DNA of 59,466 nucleotides from Longilinea sp. GTDB lineage: Bacteria > Chloroflexota > Anaerolineae > Anaerolineales > Anaerolineaceae. Location: NCBI GenBank assembly GCA_026645875.1, contig JAPKMQ010000001.1, forward strand, positions 1-59,466, given 5' to 3'. This document shows positions 19,459-28,048 of this stretch, piece after piece; the stretch's first letter is position 1; the number at the start of each line of letters is the position of its first letter. The translations under genes were made by a program, and so were the position numbers. The notes under the pieces are model-generated. The model saw only the letters and a list, made by a program, of their open reading frames with translations, ran no database searches and had not been told where the DNA came from.

Positions 19459-20625
19459 CTATGCCCCACCCGAGCCGTAAAAGTTTGGATCGGTGGGGGT
19501 TTGCCCGGAAGGATCCCAGACGTACACCCAGTCGCCCACCTGCGCCCAATCGAACAGGTAGCGCGAATCGCCAATGGATAGATTGACGCAACCGTGCGAG
19601 GCCGGGTAACCAAACCACGTGCGCCAGTAGGCACCGTGCAGTGCGCGCGCCTCATCGTAATACATCGTCCAGGGAACGTCCTGCAGGTAATAGTAGTCCG
19701 AACGGTCGGCTTCAAACGCGCCGCTCATCGTCTCAAGTTCCAGCTTTTTGTAAATCTGAAATACGCCTGGCTGGGTAAAGAACGGATCCTGTCCGGTGGC
19801 GATCAGCGTGGCAAATTTGAGCTGGCCGTTCTCATAGATCGAAAGGGTCTGCTCGTACAGATTGACCTCGATCCAGCGGTCGTTATCCACCCCCTGCGGC
19901 GGCGTGGTGTTGACGCTCACCATGCGGATATAGCGGCGCTCCACCCAATCGTTCAAGCCGATGCGGTACCATTGGGTGCCGTCCTGCTCGACGATATCAT
20001 ACACCTGCACGGTGGTTTCGCGCAGCAGCGTCACGCCCGTTTCGGGTGATGCATAACCGGGACCGCTGCGCACACCAACCTGGTCGAGGATCCAGCCAAA
20101 ATTGTTGCGCGGCGTGGAGCGGAACTCCAGCCCCTGGAAGCCCGAATAGCGCGCCCGGCCGGCCCGCACCCACTCGCCGGTGGACATTTGCACGAAGGTC
20201 TTTCCATCCACTTCCTGCCAGTTCACGTAGGACACGTAACGGATGTACCCGGGATCGAGCGAGCGTACCGGATTGGTCTGCGCGACCGCGTCGCTCAGCG
20301 TGGCATACACCGGCGCAGCCTCGTAGGTTTCGAGGTTGATCCGCGCAAAGCCCAAATTCACCATCGTCAGGCTGGCATCCGGCCGCGCGGCCGGCAGCGG
20401 GCGCAGCGGGATGGAGAGACCCTGCTGGTCCAACTGGGTCAAGGTCTGAGCGGGCCCGGTCGGCAGGCAGTCGCTGCCGGTCTGGGCGTAGGCTTCCGGC
20501 AAACACAATAAATCACCCATAAAAGTCTCGTTGAGCGCTTCAGATTGCGCCGCCGCCGGATGGGCCAGCAGAGCGCATCCCAGCAACGCCAACGCAGCTC
20601 CCAAAAGAACAATCGATCGTCGCAT
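19459..20625 (-). CDS. Secreted L,D-transpeptidase (YkuD domain) with SH3-like region
   Basis: Signal peptide ending AAA; IEVNLYEQ; ALHGAYW...SHGCVN catalytic motif. Confidence 0.88.
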   Translation of the reverse strand: MRRSIVLLGAALALLGCALLAHPAAAQSEALNETFMGDLLCLPEAYAQTGSDCLPTGPAQTLTQLDQQGLSIPLRPLPAARPDASLTMVNLGFARINLETYEAAPVYATLSDAVAQTNPVRSLDPGYIRYVSYVNWQEVDGKTFVQMSTGEWVRAGRARYSGFQGLEFRSTPRNNFGWILDQVGVRSGPGYASPETGVTLLRETTVQVYDIVEQDGTQWYRIGLNDWVERRYIRMVSVNTTPPQGVDNDRWIEVNLYEQTLSIYENGQLKFATLIATGQDPFFTQPGVFQIYKKLELETMSGAFEADRSDYYYLQDVPWTMYYDEARALHGAYWRTWFGYPASHGCVNLSIGDSRYLFDWAQVGDWVYVWDPSGQTPTDPNFYGSGGA

Positions 20626-20809
20626 TGCAATCCTTTCCTGATAAAAACGTGCGTCCATTGTAACGCACCTCAGCCGATTCTGCACGTCGCGCACTGGCCC
20701 GCGCCAGACGTGCCGTCAACCTCCCAATTGTAAAGCATACGCAAAGTTGCGGCTTACGTCATGGGAAAAAATCGGGTTATACTGTAGCCGTACCGGTTGG
20801 AGTAAACTC

Positions 20810-21724
20810 ATGGACACTTCATCAAAACCATTAACACACGGTCAAATCTGGCTGCTCGCCGCCCGGCCGCGCACGCTTCCGGCGGCGGCAGCGCCGGTCA
20901 TCATTGGATCGGCCATCGCTTACGCCGACGGCAGTTTTCGCCTGCTACCCGCGCTGGGCACGCTGGCGGCTGCGCTGCTCCTTCAAATTGGCGCAAATTT
21001 TGCCAATGACGTTTTTGATTATCAAAAAGGCGCCGACACACCCGGCCGCCTGGGGCCTGTGCGCGTGACTCAGGCAGGCATGCTCAAACCCGGCACGGTC
21101 AAATCCGGCATGTGGATCACATTCGCGCTGGCAGCCCTGATCGGTCTTTACCTGGCCTGGATTTCCGGCTGGCCGATCATCGCCATTGGCATGGCAGCCA
21201 TCCTCGCTGCCCTCCTCTACACCGGCGGTCCGTTCCCTTACGGCTATCGCGGCCTGGGCGAATTCTTCGTGTTTCTCTTCTTCGGCGTGGCTGCCGTGAT
21301 GGGAACCTACTACATCCAGGCGGTCCGCTTCAGCCTGAGCGCGTTCATTGGATCCGTGCCGGTCGGGCTGCTCATCGTGGCCATCCTGGTCGTCAATAAC
21401 CTGCGCGACATCCACACCGACCGCGCCAGCGGCAAAAACACGCTGGCCGTCCGGCTGGGCGCCCAGGGCGCCCGCCAGGAATACTTGCTGGTGGTGCTGC
21501 TGGCCTACCTGATTACATTCTTACAGGCGCTTTCCGGGATGGGTTCGTTCTGGCTGCTGCTGCCCGCGCTGACGCTGCCGTTGGCCGCGGAATTGATCGT
21601 CTTCGTCTACAAGAACGAGGGCAAAGCGCTCAACCGCGCACTGGCACGCACCGGGCAGTTGGTCCTCTACTTCAGTTTGGCATACTCTGCGGCCAGTATT
21701 CTGGCGCGGCTGCTGCCCCTCTAG
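20810..21724 (+). CDS. menA: 1,4-dihydroxy-2-naphthoate polyprenyltransferase
   Basis: ARPRTL, NDVFDYQKGAD, YTGGPFPYGYRGLGE, NNLRDI.TD...GK.TLAVRLG. Confidence 0.93.
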   Translation: MDTSSKPLTHGQIWLLAARPRTLPAAAAPVIIGSAIAYADGSFRLLPALGTLAAALLLQIGANFANDVFDYQKGADTPGRLGPVRVTQAGMLKPGTVKSGMWITFALAALIGLYLAWISGWPIIAIGMAAILAALLYTGGPFPYGYRGLGEFFVFLFFGVAAVMGTYYIQAVRFSLSAFIGSVPVGLLIVAILVVNNLRDIHTDRASGKNTLAVRLGAQGARQEYLLVVLLAYLITFLQALSGMGSFWLLLPALTLPLAAELIVFVYKNEGKALNRALARTGQLVLYFSLAYSAASILARLLPL

Positions 21725-21739
21725 GCGCGCTCAAAAATG

Positions 21740-21763
21740 ACGGCCGGTGGTACCGGCCGTTTT
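21740..21763. terminator. Bidirectional terminator candidate
   Basis: ACGGCCGGT-ggt-ACCGGCCGT flanked by A and T runs. Confidence 0.65.
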
Positions 21764-21766
21764 GAT

Positions 21767-22510
21767 TCAGGCTGCCGTTTTCCACGGGCACAGGCGGCGC
21801 TCCAGCAGATCGACGCCAAAGTACAACCCCAATCCAAGCAGGCTCATCATCACTACCCCACCGTACATGGCGGGATAGTTGAACAGCGTGCTTCCGTTCA
21901 GATAAATATAGTAGCCCAGCCCGCGCTGCGTGGCAAACAGCTCGGCCACGTATAACACCGCCACTGCCGTGCCAACCGACTGGCGCAACGCGGTCAATAC
22001 CGCCGGCAGGCTGGCCGGCAGGTACACGTAGCGAAACAGCGCGCGCCGGCCGGCGCCCAGGCTGCGGACGCTTTGAATTAATTCAGGGCGCAAGCCAGCG
22101 GCCGAATCGCGCACCAGGACCAGAATCTGGAAAAACAGGATCAGGTAGATGATGATGATCTTGGGCACGTCGCCCACGCCAAAAAACAACAGCACGATCG
22201 GCACCAGCACCACCTTGGGGATTGGGTACAGCAGGTAAATCACCGGCGAGAAGATGTCGTTCAGCCGTTTGGATTGCCCCAACATCATCCCGGCCGGTGC
22301 GGCGGTGAGCACGGCCAGCAGCGTGCTCGCAATCACCCGCCAAAAGGAGGCCAGGAAATGATCCAGCAGGTTTCCGCTGGTCAACTCGCGCCACAGGGCG
22401 GCCAGCACAGACAGGGGCGTCGGCAAAATGGGCCGGTTGACGGCCAGCGCCAGCACCTGCCACAGCCCCAGCAGCGCAATCCCGGCCAATAACAGGTTGC
22501 GCCGCTTCAT
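21767..22510 (-). CDS. NitT/TauT-family ABC permease
   Basis: YPIPKVVLVP, EAA-like SVRSLGA..., LPASLP. Confidence 0.88.
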   Translation of the reverse strand: MKRRNLLLAGIALLGLWQVLALAVNRPILPTPLSVLAALWRELTSGNLLDHFLASFWRVIASTLLAVLTAAPAGMMLGQSKRLNDIFSPVIYLLYPIPKVVLVPIVLLFFGVGDVPKIIIIYLILFFQILVLVRDSAAGLRPELIQSVRSLGAGRRALFRYVYLPASLPAVLTALRQSVGTAVAVLYVAELFATQRGLGYYIYLNGSTLFNYPAMYGGVVMMSLLGLGLYFGVDLLERRLCPWKTAA

Positions 22511-23268
22511 GTTTCCTCCAAACGTTCGCGCAGCAGACGGCACATGCGGCCGTAGTCGTCGCCTTCACGGTAGCGCATCTCCGCCGCGCCGGGGTTTTCA
22601 ATGACCTGCGCCGCCCGGTTGGGTGCTTTGCCCAACAGCAGGATGCGCTGTCCCAGAACAGCCGCTTCCTCAATGGAATGCGTCACCACCACCATCGTCA
22701 AAGCCTGTTCCGCCCACAATTCCAGCATCAAGCGCTGCAGGCCCTCGCGGGTGGGCGCGTCCAGCGAGGAAAACGGCTCATCCATCAACATCAAATCAGG
22801 CCGCAAGGCCAGCGTGCGCGCGATGGCGGTGCGCTGCCGCTGGCCGCCGGAGATCTGCCCCGGGAATTGACCAGCCACGCCGCCTATGCCCAAGCGTTCC
22901 AGCCAGGGATCCACTTCCAGCGAAGGCGTGTACCCGCGCGGCGCGTGCGTTCCGTCGGGGCCGTAGAAATTGCGAACGCGCAGACCCAGTTCCACGTTTT
23001 GTCGAACGGTGGCCCAGGGCAGCAGGCCGTAATCCTGGATGATCAGGCCGGTTTGCGGACGCGGTCGGGTCAACGGCGCGCCGTCGATGCACACCTGGCC
23101 CGATTGCACCAGGCGCAATCCCGCCAACAGGTAAAGCAGCGTGCTTTTACCGCAGCCCGAGGTGCCCAGCACGGCCCAGGCTTCACCGCGCCCGACCCGC
23201 CAGGAGAAATCCTGAAACAGCGGTTCGGCGCCGGGATAGGCAAACGTGATCTGATCCAGCGCAATCAT
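22507..23268 (-). CDS. NitT/TauT-family ABC ATP-binding protein
   Basis: GTSGCGKST, ISGGQRQR, MDEPFSSLD. Confidence 0.92.
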   Translation of the reverse strand: MIALDQITFAYPGAEPLFQDFSWRVGRGEAWAVLGTSGCGKSTLLYLLAGLRLVQSGQVCIDGAPLTRPRPQTGLIIQDYGLLPWATVRQNVELGLRVRNFYGPDGTHAPRGYTPSLEVDPWLERLGIGGVAGQFPGQISGGQRQRTAIARTLALRPDLMLMDEPFSSLDAPTREGLQRLMLELWAEQALTMVVVTHSIEEAAVLGQRILLLGKAPNRAAQVIENPGAAEMRYREGDDYGRMCRLLRERLEET

Positions 23269-23286
23269 GCTGATGGCCTGGCGCGG

Positions 23287-24252
23287 CTATTTGGGCAGGT
23301 ACTGGCTGTCCACGCAATCGGCGTAGCGCACGTCCTGTTCAAGCAGCCCCTTTTCCTTCGCCCAGGCAAGCATATCGTTGAATTGCGCTTCGGTGGGCAC
23401 GCCGGCTGTGACAAACGGCGGCACCTGGAAGTTCTCCAGCAGCGGCGCCGGCACAAGGTTCTGCTCAGAGAGCAGGCCTGTCCACCGGCTGCCGTCGGCG
23501 TTGATCAACGCGACGGCTTCCTCCCAGGCCGCCAGGAAATTCTTCACCGTGGTCGGGTTGGCATCCAGAAATGCCTTGCGAAAGGTCAGCGTCGAGAAAC
23601 TGTATTCGGGGTGGCGGCTGTCATCCAGCACCAGGTTCGCTCCCTGCTGGATGGCCAGCGTGGAAAGCGGATCGGGCAACATGGCAGCCTTGAGCTGGCC
23701 GCTGCCCAGCAACGCCATGCGGTCGGAAATGCTGGGCACCGAGGTGGTCTGAATTTCGCCCGGTGTAAACCCTTCGGCCTGCAACAACCGCTCGGTGAGA
23801 TAGGCAATGATGGTGCCATCCGAGACGCCCACCGGCACGCCTTTCAGTTGCTCAGGCGCGGTGATGCCCGCATCTTTCGCGGAAAGGATGCGAAAGACCG
23901 GAGCGGTCGCGGTGGCCGCGCGGGCATAGCGCACAGTCTGAAACTGGATCGACGCCTTGTTGGCGAACATGGTGGACAGCACTTCGTTGATCATGGCATC
24001 TGCCTGGCCCGAAGCGATTAACTGGTCTCGTTCCGGCGCGGATGCGACGGGAATAATTTCCACCGTCACACCATGTTTCTCAAACAGGCCCTCCTGCTGG
24101 GCGACAAACAGAGGCAGCGTGTCCAGCACCGGGATGCGCGCGACGCGCACGGTGGTTGTTACGTTTTTGTCAGCCGGCTGGCAGGCAGTTAAAACCATGA
24201 CTATCAATAAAATCGATGTAAACATTCCTACACCAGTTTTTTGGCGATTCAT
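23287..24252 (-). CDS. ABC substrate-binding lipoprotein, NMT1/SsuA-like
   Basis: Lipobox LTAC, LPLFVAQQEGLFEKHGV, LPDP. Start at ATG 24252 after AAAGGAG. Confidence 0.85.
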   Translation of the reverse strand: MNRQKTGVGMFTSILLIVMVLTACQPADKNVTTTVRVARIPVLDTLPLFVAQQEGLFEKHGVTVEIIPVASAPERDQLIASGQADAMINEVLSTMFANKASIQFQTVRYARAATATAPVFRILSAKDAGITAPEQLKGVPVGVSDGTIIAYLTERLLQAEGFTPGEIQTTSVPSISDRMALLGSGQLKAAMLPDPLSTLAIQQGANLVLDDSRHPEYSFSTLTFRKAFLDANPTTVKNFLAAWEEAVALINADGSRWTGLLSEQNLVPAPLLENFQVPPFVTAGVPTEAQFNDMLAWAKEKGLLEQDVRYADCVDSQYLPK

Positions 24253-24384
24253 GCAAGGTGCTCCTTTGGAAATGCAATCTATCCATTTTCTTCCGATTAT
24301 AACCTTACAGCTGTACCACCTGCCAGAAACGCGGCAGGTGTTTTCAGTTTCTTTACAATCACGCCCGCACAGGCCGTGCTCCGC

Positions 24385-24413
24385 TTGACATGCCATACCC
24401 CCTGTGCTAAATT
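24385..24413 (+). promoter_or_regulatory. Sigma70-type promoter for the roadblock operon
   Basis: TTGACA 24385-24390, 17 bp, TAAATT 24408-24413 with extended TG. Confidence 0.6.
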
Positions 24414-24492
24414 TGACTGTGTCCTCAATTTTTCTTAATATTCCCCGAATACAAGCATGATAAGAATCACCCTGAGATAAAGGAGTGCAGCC

Positions 24493-24864
24493 TTGACAAA
24501 GACACGAACTCAGCTAATGGTGGAGCGTCTGCGAGAATTACAGGCCTCTTCCCCGGATATCGAAGCCTCGGCAATTGTTAGCGTCGACGGTTTGACCATT
24601 GCATCTGCTCTCCCCCAGGGTGTCGAAGAAGACCGGGTCTCCGCGATGTCAGCCGCAATGCTATCGCTGGGCGAACGCATTGCCAACGAACTGGGCCGCG
24701 GCTCGCTCGAGCAGGTCTACATCAAAGGCGAAAGCGGCTACGTCGTGCTCATGTCCGTGGGCGAAGATGCAGTTTTGACTGCATTGGCCCGCGAACAGGC
24801 AAAACTCGGCTTGATCTTCCTCGACATGCGCCGCGCAGCCGAGGCTTTGACCAAACTCATCTGA
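24493..24864 (+). CDS. Roadblock/LC7 (MglB-like) protein
   Basis: IVSVDGL.IAS, RVSAMSAAMLSLGER, AKLGLIFLDM. AAGGAG SD before TTG. Confidence 0.9.
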   Translation: MTKTRTQLMVERLRELQASSPDIEASAIVSVDGLTIASALPQGVEEDRVSAMSAAMLSLGERIANELGRGSLEQVYIKGESGYVVLMSVGEDAVLTALAREQAKLGLIFLDMRRAAEALTKLI

Positions 24865-24875
24865 GGTAGAACAAA

Positions 24876-25508
24876 ATGCAACCTATCCCCAAGAGCGGTT
24901 TGTATTACCCCAATAAGTTTGGGCGGCTCACCATTTTATCGCTGGAAGATGTAATGGGTCGCAATGGCGTGAATGCCATCCTCAACCTGGCAAACCTGCC
25001 CAATCTGATGGAGAATCTTCCGCCCGACAACCTGGAAAAGGCATTTGATTTTGCCGATGTTTCTGCCATCATGGGCGCGCTGGAAGAAATGTACGGTCCG
25101 CGCGGCGGACGCGGCCTGGCGCTGCGCGCCGGGCGCGCCGTCTTTAGCGATGGGCTTCGCAGCTTTGGTGCGCTGGCAGGCGTCGGCGACCTGGCGTTCA
25201 AAGTGCTGCCGCTGCAGGCCAAATTACGGATCGGCCTGCCCGCTATGGCCAAGATCTTCAGCCAGATCAGCGATCAGCTTTCGACGGTTGAAGAAAAAGA
25301 TGACCACCTTATTTACACCATTCACCGCTGCCCGGTCTGTTACGGCCGGCACACCGACAAGCCCGATTGCTACATTGCCACCGGCCTGCTCCAGGAAAGT
25401 CTCAAATGGGTATCCGGCGGCAGCGAATTCCGCGTGAATGAATCGAAATGCATTGCCATGGGGGATCCGACCTGCGAGTTTATCGTTTATAAAGAACCCA
25501 TCGGTTAG
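24876..25508 (+). CDS. V4R (4-vinyl reductase) domain protein
   Basis: CPVC..., C.IATGLLQE, V.E.KC.A.GD..CEF. Confidence 0.85.
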   Translation: MQPIPKSGLYYPNKFGRLTILSLEDVMGRNGVNAILNLANLPNLMENLPPDNLEKAFDFADVSAIMGALEEMYGPRGGRGLALRAGRAVFSDGLRSFGALAGVGDLAFKVLPLQAKLRIGLPAMAKIFSQISDQLSTVEEKDDHLIYTIHRCPVCYGRHTDKPDCYIATGLLQESLKWVSGGSEFRVNESKCIAMGDPTCEFIVYKEPIG

Positions 25509-25522
25509 GATGCCGCGCTCCC

Positions 25523-26386
25523 GTGGAAGAGAAAAACACGCTGCTGGTCGTTGAAGATGATCTGGACGTTGCGGATATGCTCAATGCATTTTTCCGCAAC
25601 CAGGGATATGAAGTCTTGACCGTCAATTGGGGCGAGGACGGCGTGCGCGCCGCCCAAACGAACCTGCCACAGCTTGTGATCCTGGATATTCGTCTGCCCG
25701 ACATCGACGGGTTCGAAGTGGCCCGCCGCCTGCGTGAAAACCGCCGCACGCGCGAGATCCCCATCATTTTTCTGACCGAAAAGCGCGAGCGCAGCGACCG
25801 GCTACGCGGCCTGGAACTGCACGCCGACGATTACGTCACCAAACCGTTTGACATTCAGGAACTTCGCCTGCGCGTTCAGAATGCCATTGAGCGTGCCGGG
25901 CGTATTACGCTCACTGATCCGGTCACCCAGCTTCCGCAAGGCGACCTGGTGGATGAGCAGATGGAAGCGGCCATCAAAAACGGCGGCCAGGCCCTGTTGT
26001 TGGTTTCGATTCTCAACCTGGACAGCTTCCGCGAGATGTATGGCATCGTGGCCGCCGACGACCTGCTGCGCGCCACCGCCCGTATGTTACTTGAACTGCT
26101 GCGCGAACAGAATATCGCCTCCGGTTTTGTCGGCCAGTACGACCGTTCCAATTTCATCGTGCTCACCCCGGCTACCGAAAGCGCAGGCTTGACCGAACGC
26201 ATCCGCAAGCACATCGAACAATCTTTTTCCTATTTTTACAGCGAAGAGGACCGCGCCAGCGGCCGCTTTGGCGAGACCAGCCTTTCCTTGCAGGTTCACC
26301 AATTCCAGCCGGCCGCCTTCTCCCAGCAAGGTCTGGCTTCCCTGAAAGCAGAGTTGGGGAAACAAATCCACTCGAGGCCGTCTTGA
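25523..26386 (+). CDS. Response regulator with degenerate GGDEF domain
   Basis: REC domain (VEDD, LDIRLP, KPF); D.VT.LP; active-site motif replaced by YDRSNF. Confidence 0.82.
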   Translation: MEEKNTLLVVEDDLDVADMLNAFFRNQGYEVLTVNWGEDGVRAAQTNLPQLVILDIRLPDIDGFEVARRLRENRRTREIPIIFLTEKRERSDRLRGLELHADDYVTKPFDIQELRLRVQNAIERAGRITLTDPVTQLPQGDLVDEQMEAAIKNGGQALLLVSILNLDSFREMYGIVAADDLLRATARMLLELLREQNIASGFVGQYDRSNFIVLTPATESAGLTERIRKHIEQSFSYFYSEEDRASGRFGETSLSLQVHQFQPAAFSQQGLASLKAELGKQIHSRPS

Positions 26387-27120
26387 AAACCACCATCGTC
26401 ATTCCCACTTATAACGAAGCGGAGAACCTGCCCAAACTGGTCTCCGCCTTATTTACGCTGCCGTGCCCTGACCTGAGCCTGCTGGTCGTAGACGACAACA
26501 GTCCGGACGGCACCGGCCAGATCGCGGACCAGTTATCGCTCGAAACCCAGGGACGCGTGCAGGTGATCCACCGCGCAGGCAAATTGGGTCTGGGCAGCGC
26601 CTACATTCAGGGCTTCCAGCGCGCAATGGAACTGGGCGCAGAAGCCGTCGGCCAAATGGATGCCGATTTTTCGCACCCGGTCGAAAAAATTCCGGAAATC
26701 ATCGAAACGCTGGCCGGTTGCGACGTGGTGCTGGGGTCGCGCTATGTGGCCGGTGGAAAACTGGATGAGCGCTGGCCGTTCTGGCGCAAAGGACTCTCGG
26801 CGTTTGGCAACTTCTACGCGCGCACTCTCCTCGGTCTGCCCATCCGCGACGTGACCGGCGGGTTTCGGTTGTGGAAACGCGCCACGCTGCAAGGTATGCC
26901 GCTGGAGCGCGTGCGCTCCAATGGTTACGTGTTCCAGGTCGAAATGACTTATGTCGCCAGCCGGTTGGGCTATAAATTTAAAGAAATCCCCATCTACTTT
27001 GCCGACCGGCGCTGGGGAAAATCCAAAATGTCGTTTCGCATTCAAATAGAAGCCGCGCTGCGGGTGTGGCTGCTGCCCGGTATGTACCGCGATATCCAGA
27101 AAAAAGTGACGCTGTCTTAG
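26383..27120 (+). CDS. Polyprenol-monophosphomannose synthase (GT2, Dpm1-like)
   Basis: IPTYNEAENL, VDDNSPDGTG, MDADFSH, D.TGGFR, GY.FQVE. Confidence 0.9.
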   Translation: MKTTIVIPTYNEAENLPKLVSALFTLPCPDLSLLVVDDNSPDGTGQIADQLSLETQGRVQVIHRAGKLGLGSAYIQGFQRAMELGAEAVGQMDADFSHPVEKIPEIIETLAGCDVVLGSRYVAGGKLDERWPFWRKGLSAFGNFYARTLLGLPIRDVTGGFRLWKRATLQGMPLERVRSNGYVFQVEMTYVASRLGYKFKEIPIYFADRRWGKSKMSFRIQIEAALRVWLLPGMYRDIQKKVTLS

Positions 27121-27205
27121 CCTGTCGGGTTTTTAACACACGGATTCTGCAAGGGCAATGCGATCCAGCATTGCCCTTTTTCGTTATTCCAGCGGCGGAA
27201 ATCCG

Positions 27206-28048
27206 TCATGGAGTTTCGCGACGATAGACGCTCACCATTTGCGCCCATTCGTCCAGGCTGAGCGTTTCGGCGCGGCGCATCGGGTCAATGCCTGCCTCCG
27301 CCAGCAGCCCGGCGGCTCGTTCGGGCGGCCAGCGCAGCCCGGCCGAAAGCGTGTTGCGCAGCGTCTTGCGTTTCTGCGCGAAAGCAAGTTTTGCCAGATG
27401 AAAGAATGTATCCAACTGGTCTTCCGGGATGCGCGGCTGCGGATACAGATCCACGCGCAGCACCGCCGAGTCAACCTTGGGCGGCGGGTAAAACGCGCCG
27501 GCCGGGATGCGCGCCGCCGGCCGCGGGGAGCCGTATACCTGCACGCTTAACGCCAGCAGGCTCAGGTCGCCCGGTTTGGCGCAGATGCGCTCGGCCACTT
27601 CCTTTTGCATGGTCAACACCAGGCGGGCAGGCTTCACCGGCGCTTCAAGCAAATGCCGGATCACCGCCGAGGTGATGTAATAAGGGATGTTGGCCACCAC
27701 CAGGTAGCCGGGCTCGTCAATCAGGCCTGCCATCTCCTGCTGCAGGATGTCGCCGTGGATGACGGTCACATTTTGGGCATCACCCAGCGCTTCCTGCAAG
27801 GCTGGCAGGATGTCCGCGTCCAGTTCAACCGCCACCACATGCGCCGCCGCACGCGCCAGGTGGCGCGTCAGGCTCCCCAGCCCCGGACCAATCTCCAGCA
27901 CGGTGGCATTCGCGGGAATCTCAGCAGCCGCCACCACTTTTTCCAGGGCGGTTTCGTCCAATAAAAAATTTTGCCCCAGGCTCTTCCTGGCTGACAGACC
28001 GTGCTTGCGCATCAAGGCCGGGACGGAGAGTGGCTTTAAGTCGGTCAC
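27206..28048 (-). CDS. rsmA: 16S rRNA m6,2A dimethyltransferase
   Basis: KSLGQNFL, EIGPGLG, ANIPYYITS, PPPKVDS. GTG start overlaps the upstream stop (GTGA). Confidence 0.95.
   Translation of the reverse strand: MTDLKPLSVPALMRKHGLSARKSLGQNFLLDETALEKVVAAAEIPANATVLEIGPGLGSLTRHLARAAAHVVAVELDADILPALQEALGDAQNVTVIHGDILQQEMAGLIDEPGYLVVANIPYYITSAVIRHLLEAPVKPARLVLTMQKEVAERICAKPGDLSLLALSVQVYGSPRPAARIPAGAFYPPPKVDSAVLRVDLYPQPRIPEDQLDTFFHLAKLAFAQKRKTLRNTLSAGLRWPPERAAGLLAEAGIDPMRRAETLSLDEWAQMVSVYRRETP

Noticed and set aside
25523-26386. Active diguanylate cyclase
   Set aside because: The GG(D/E)EF signature and the upstream metal-binding Asp are not conserved.
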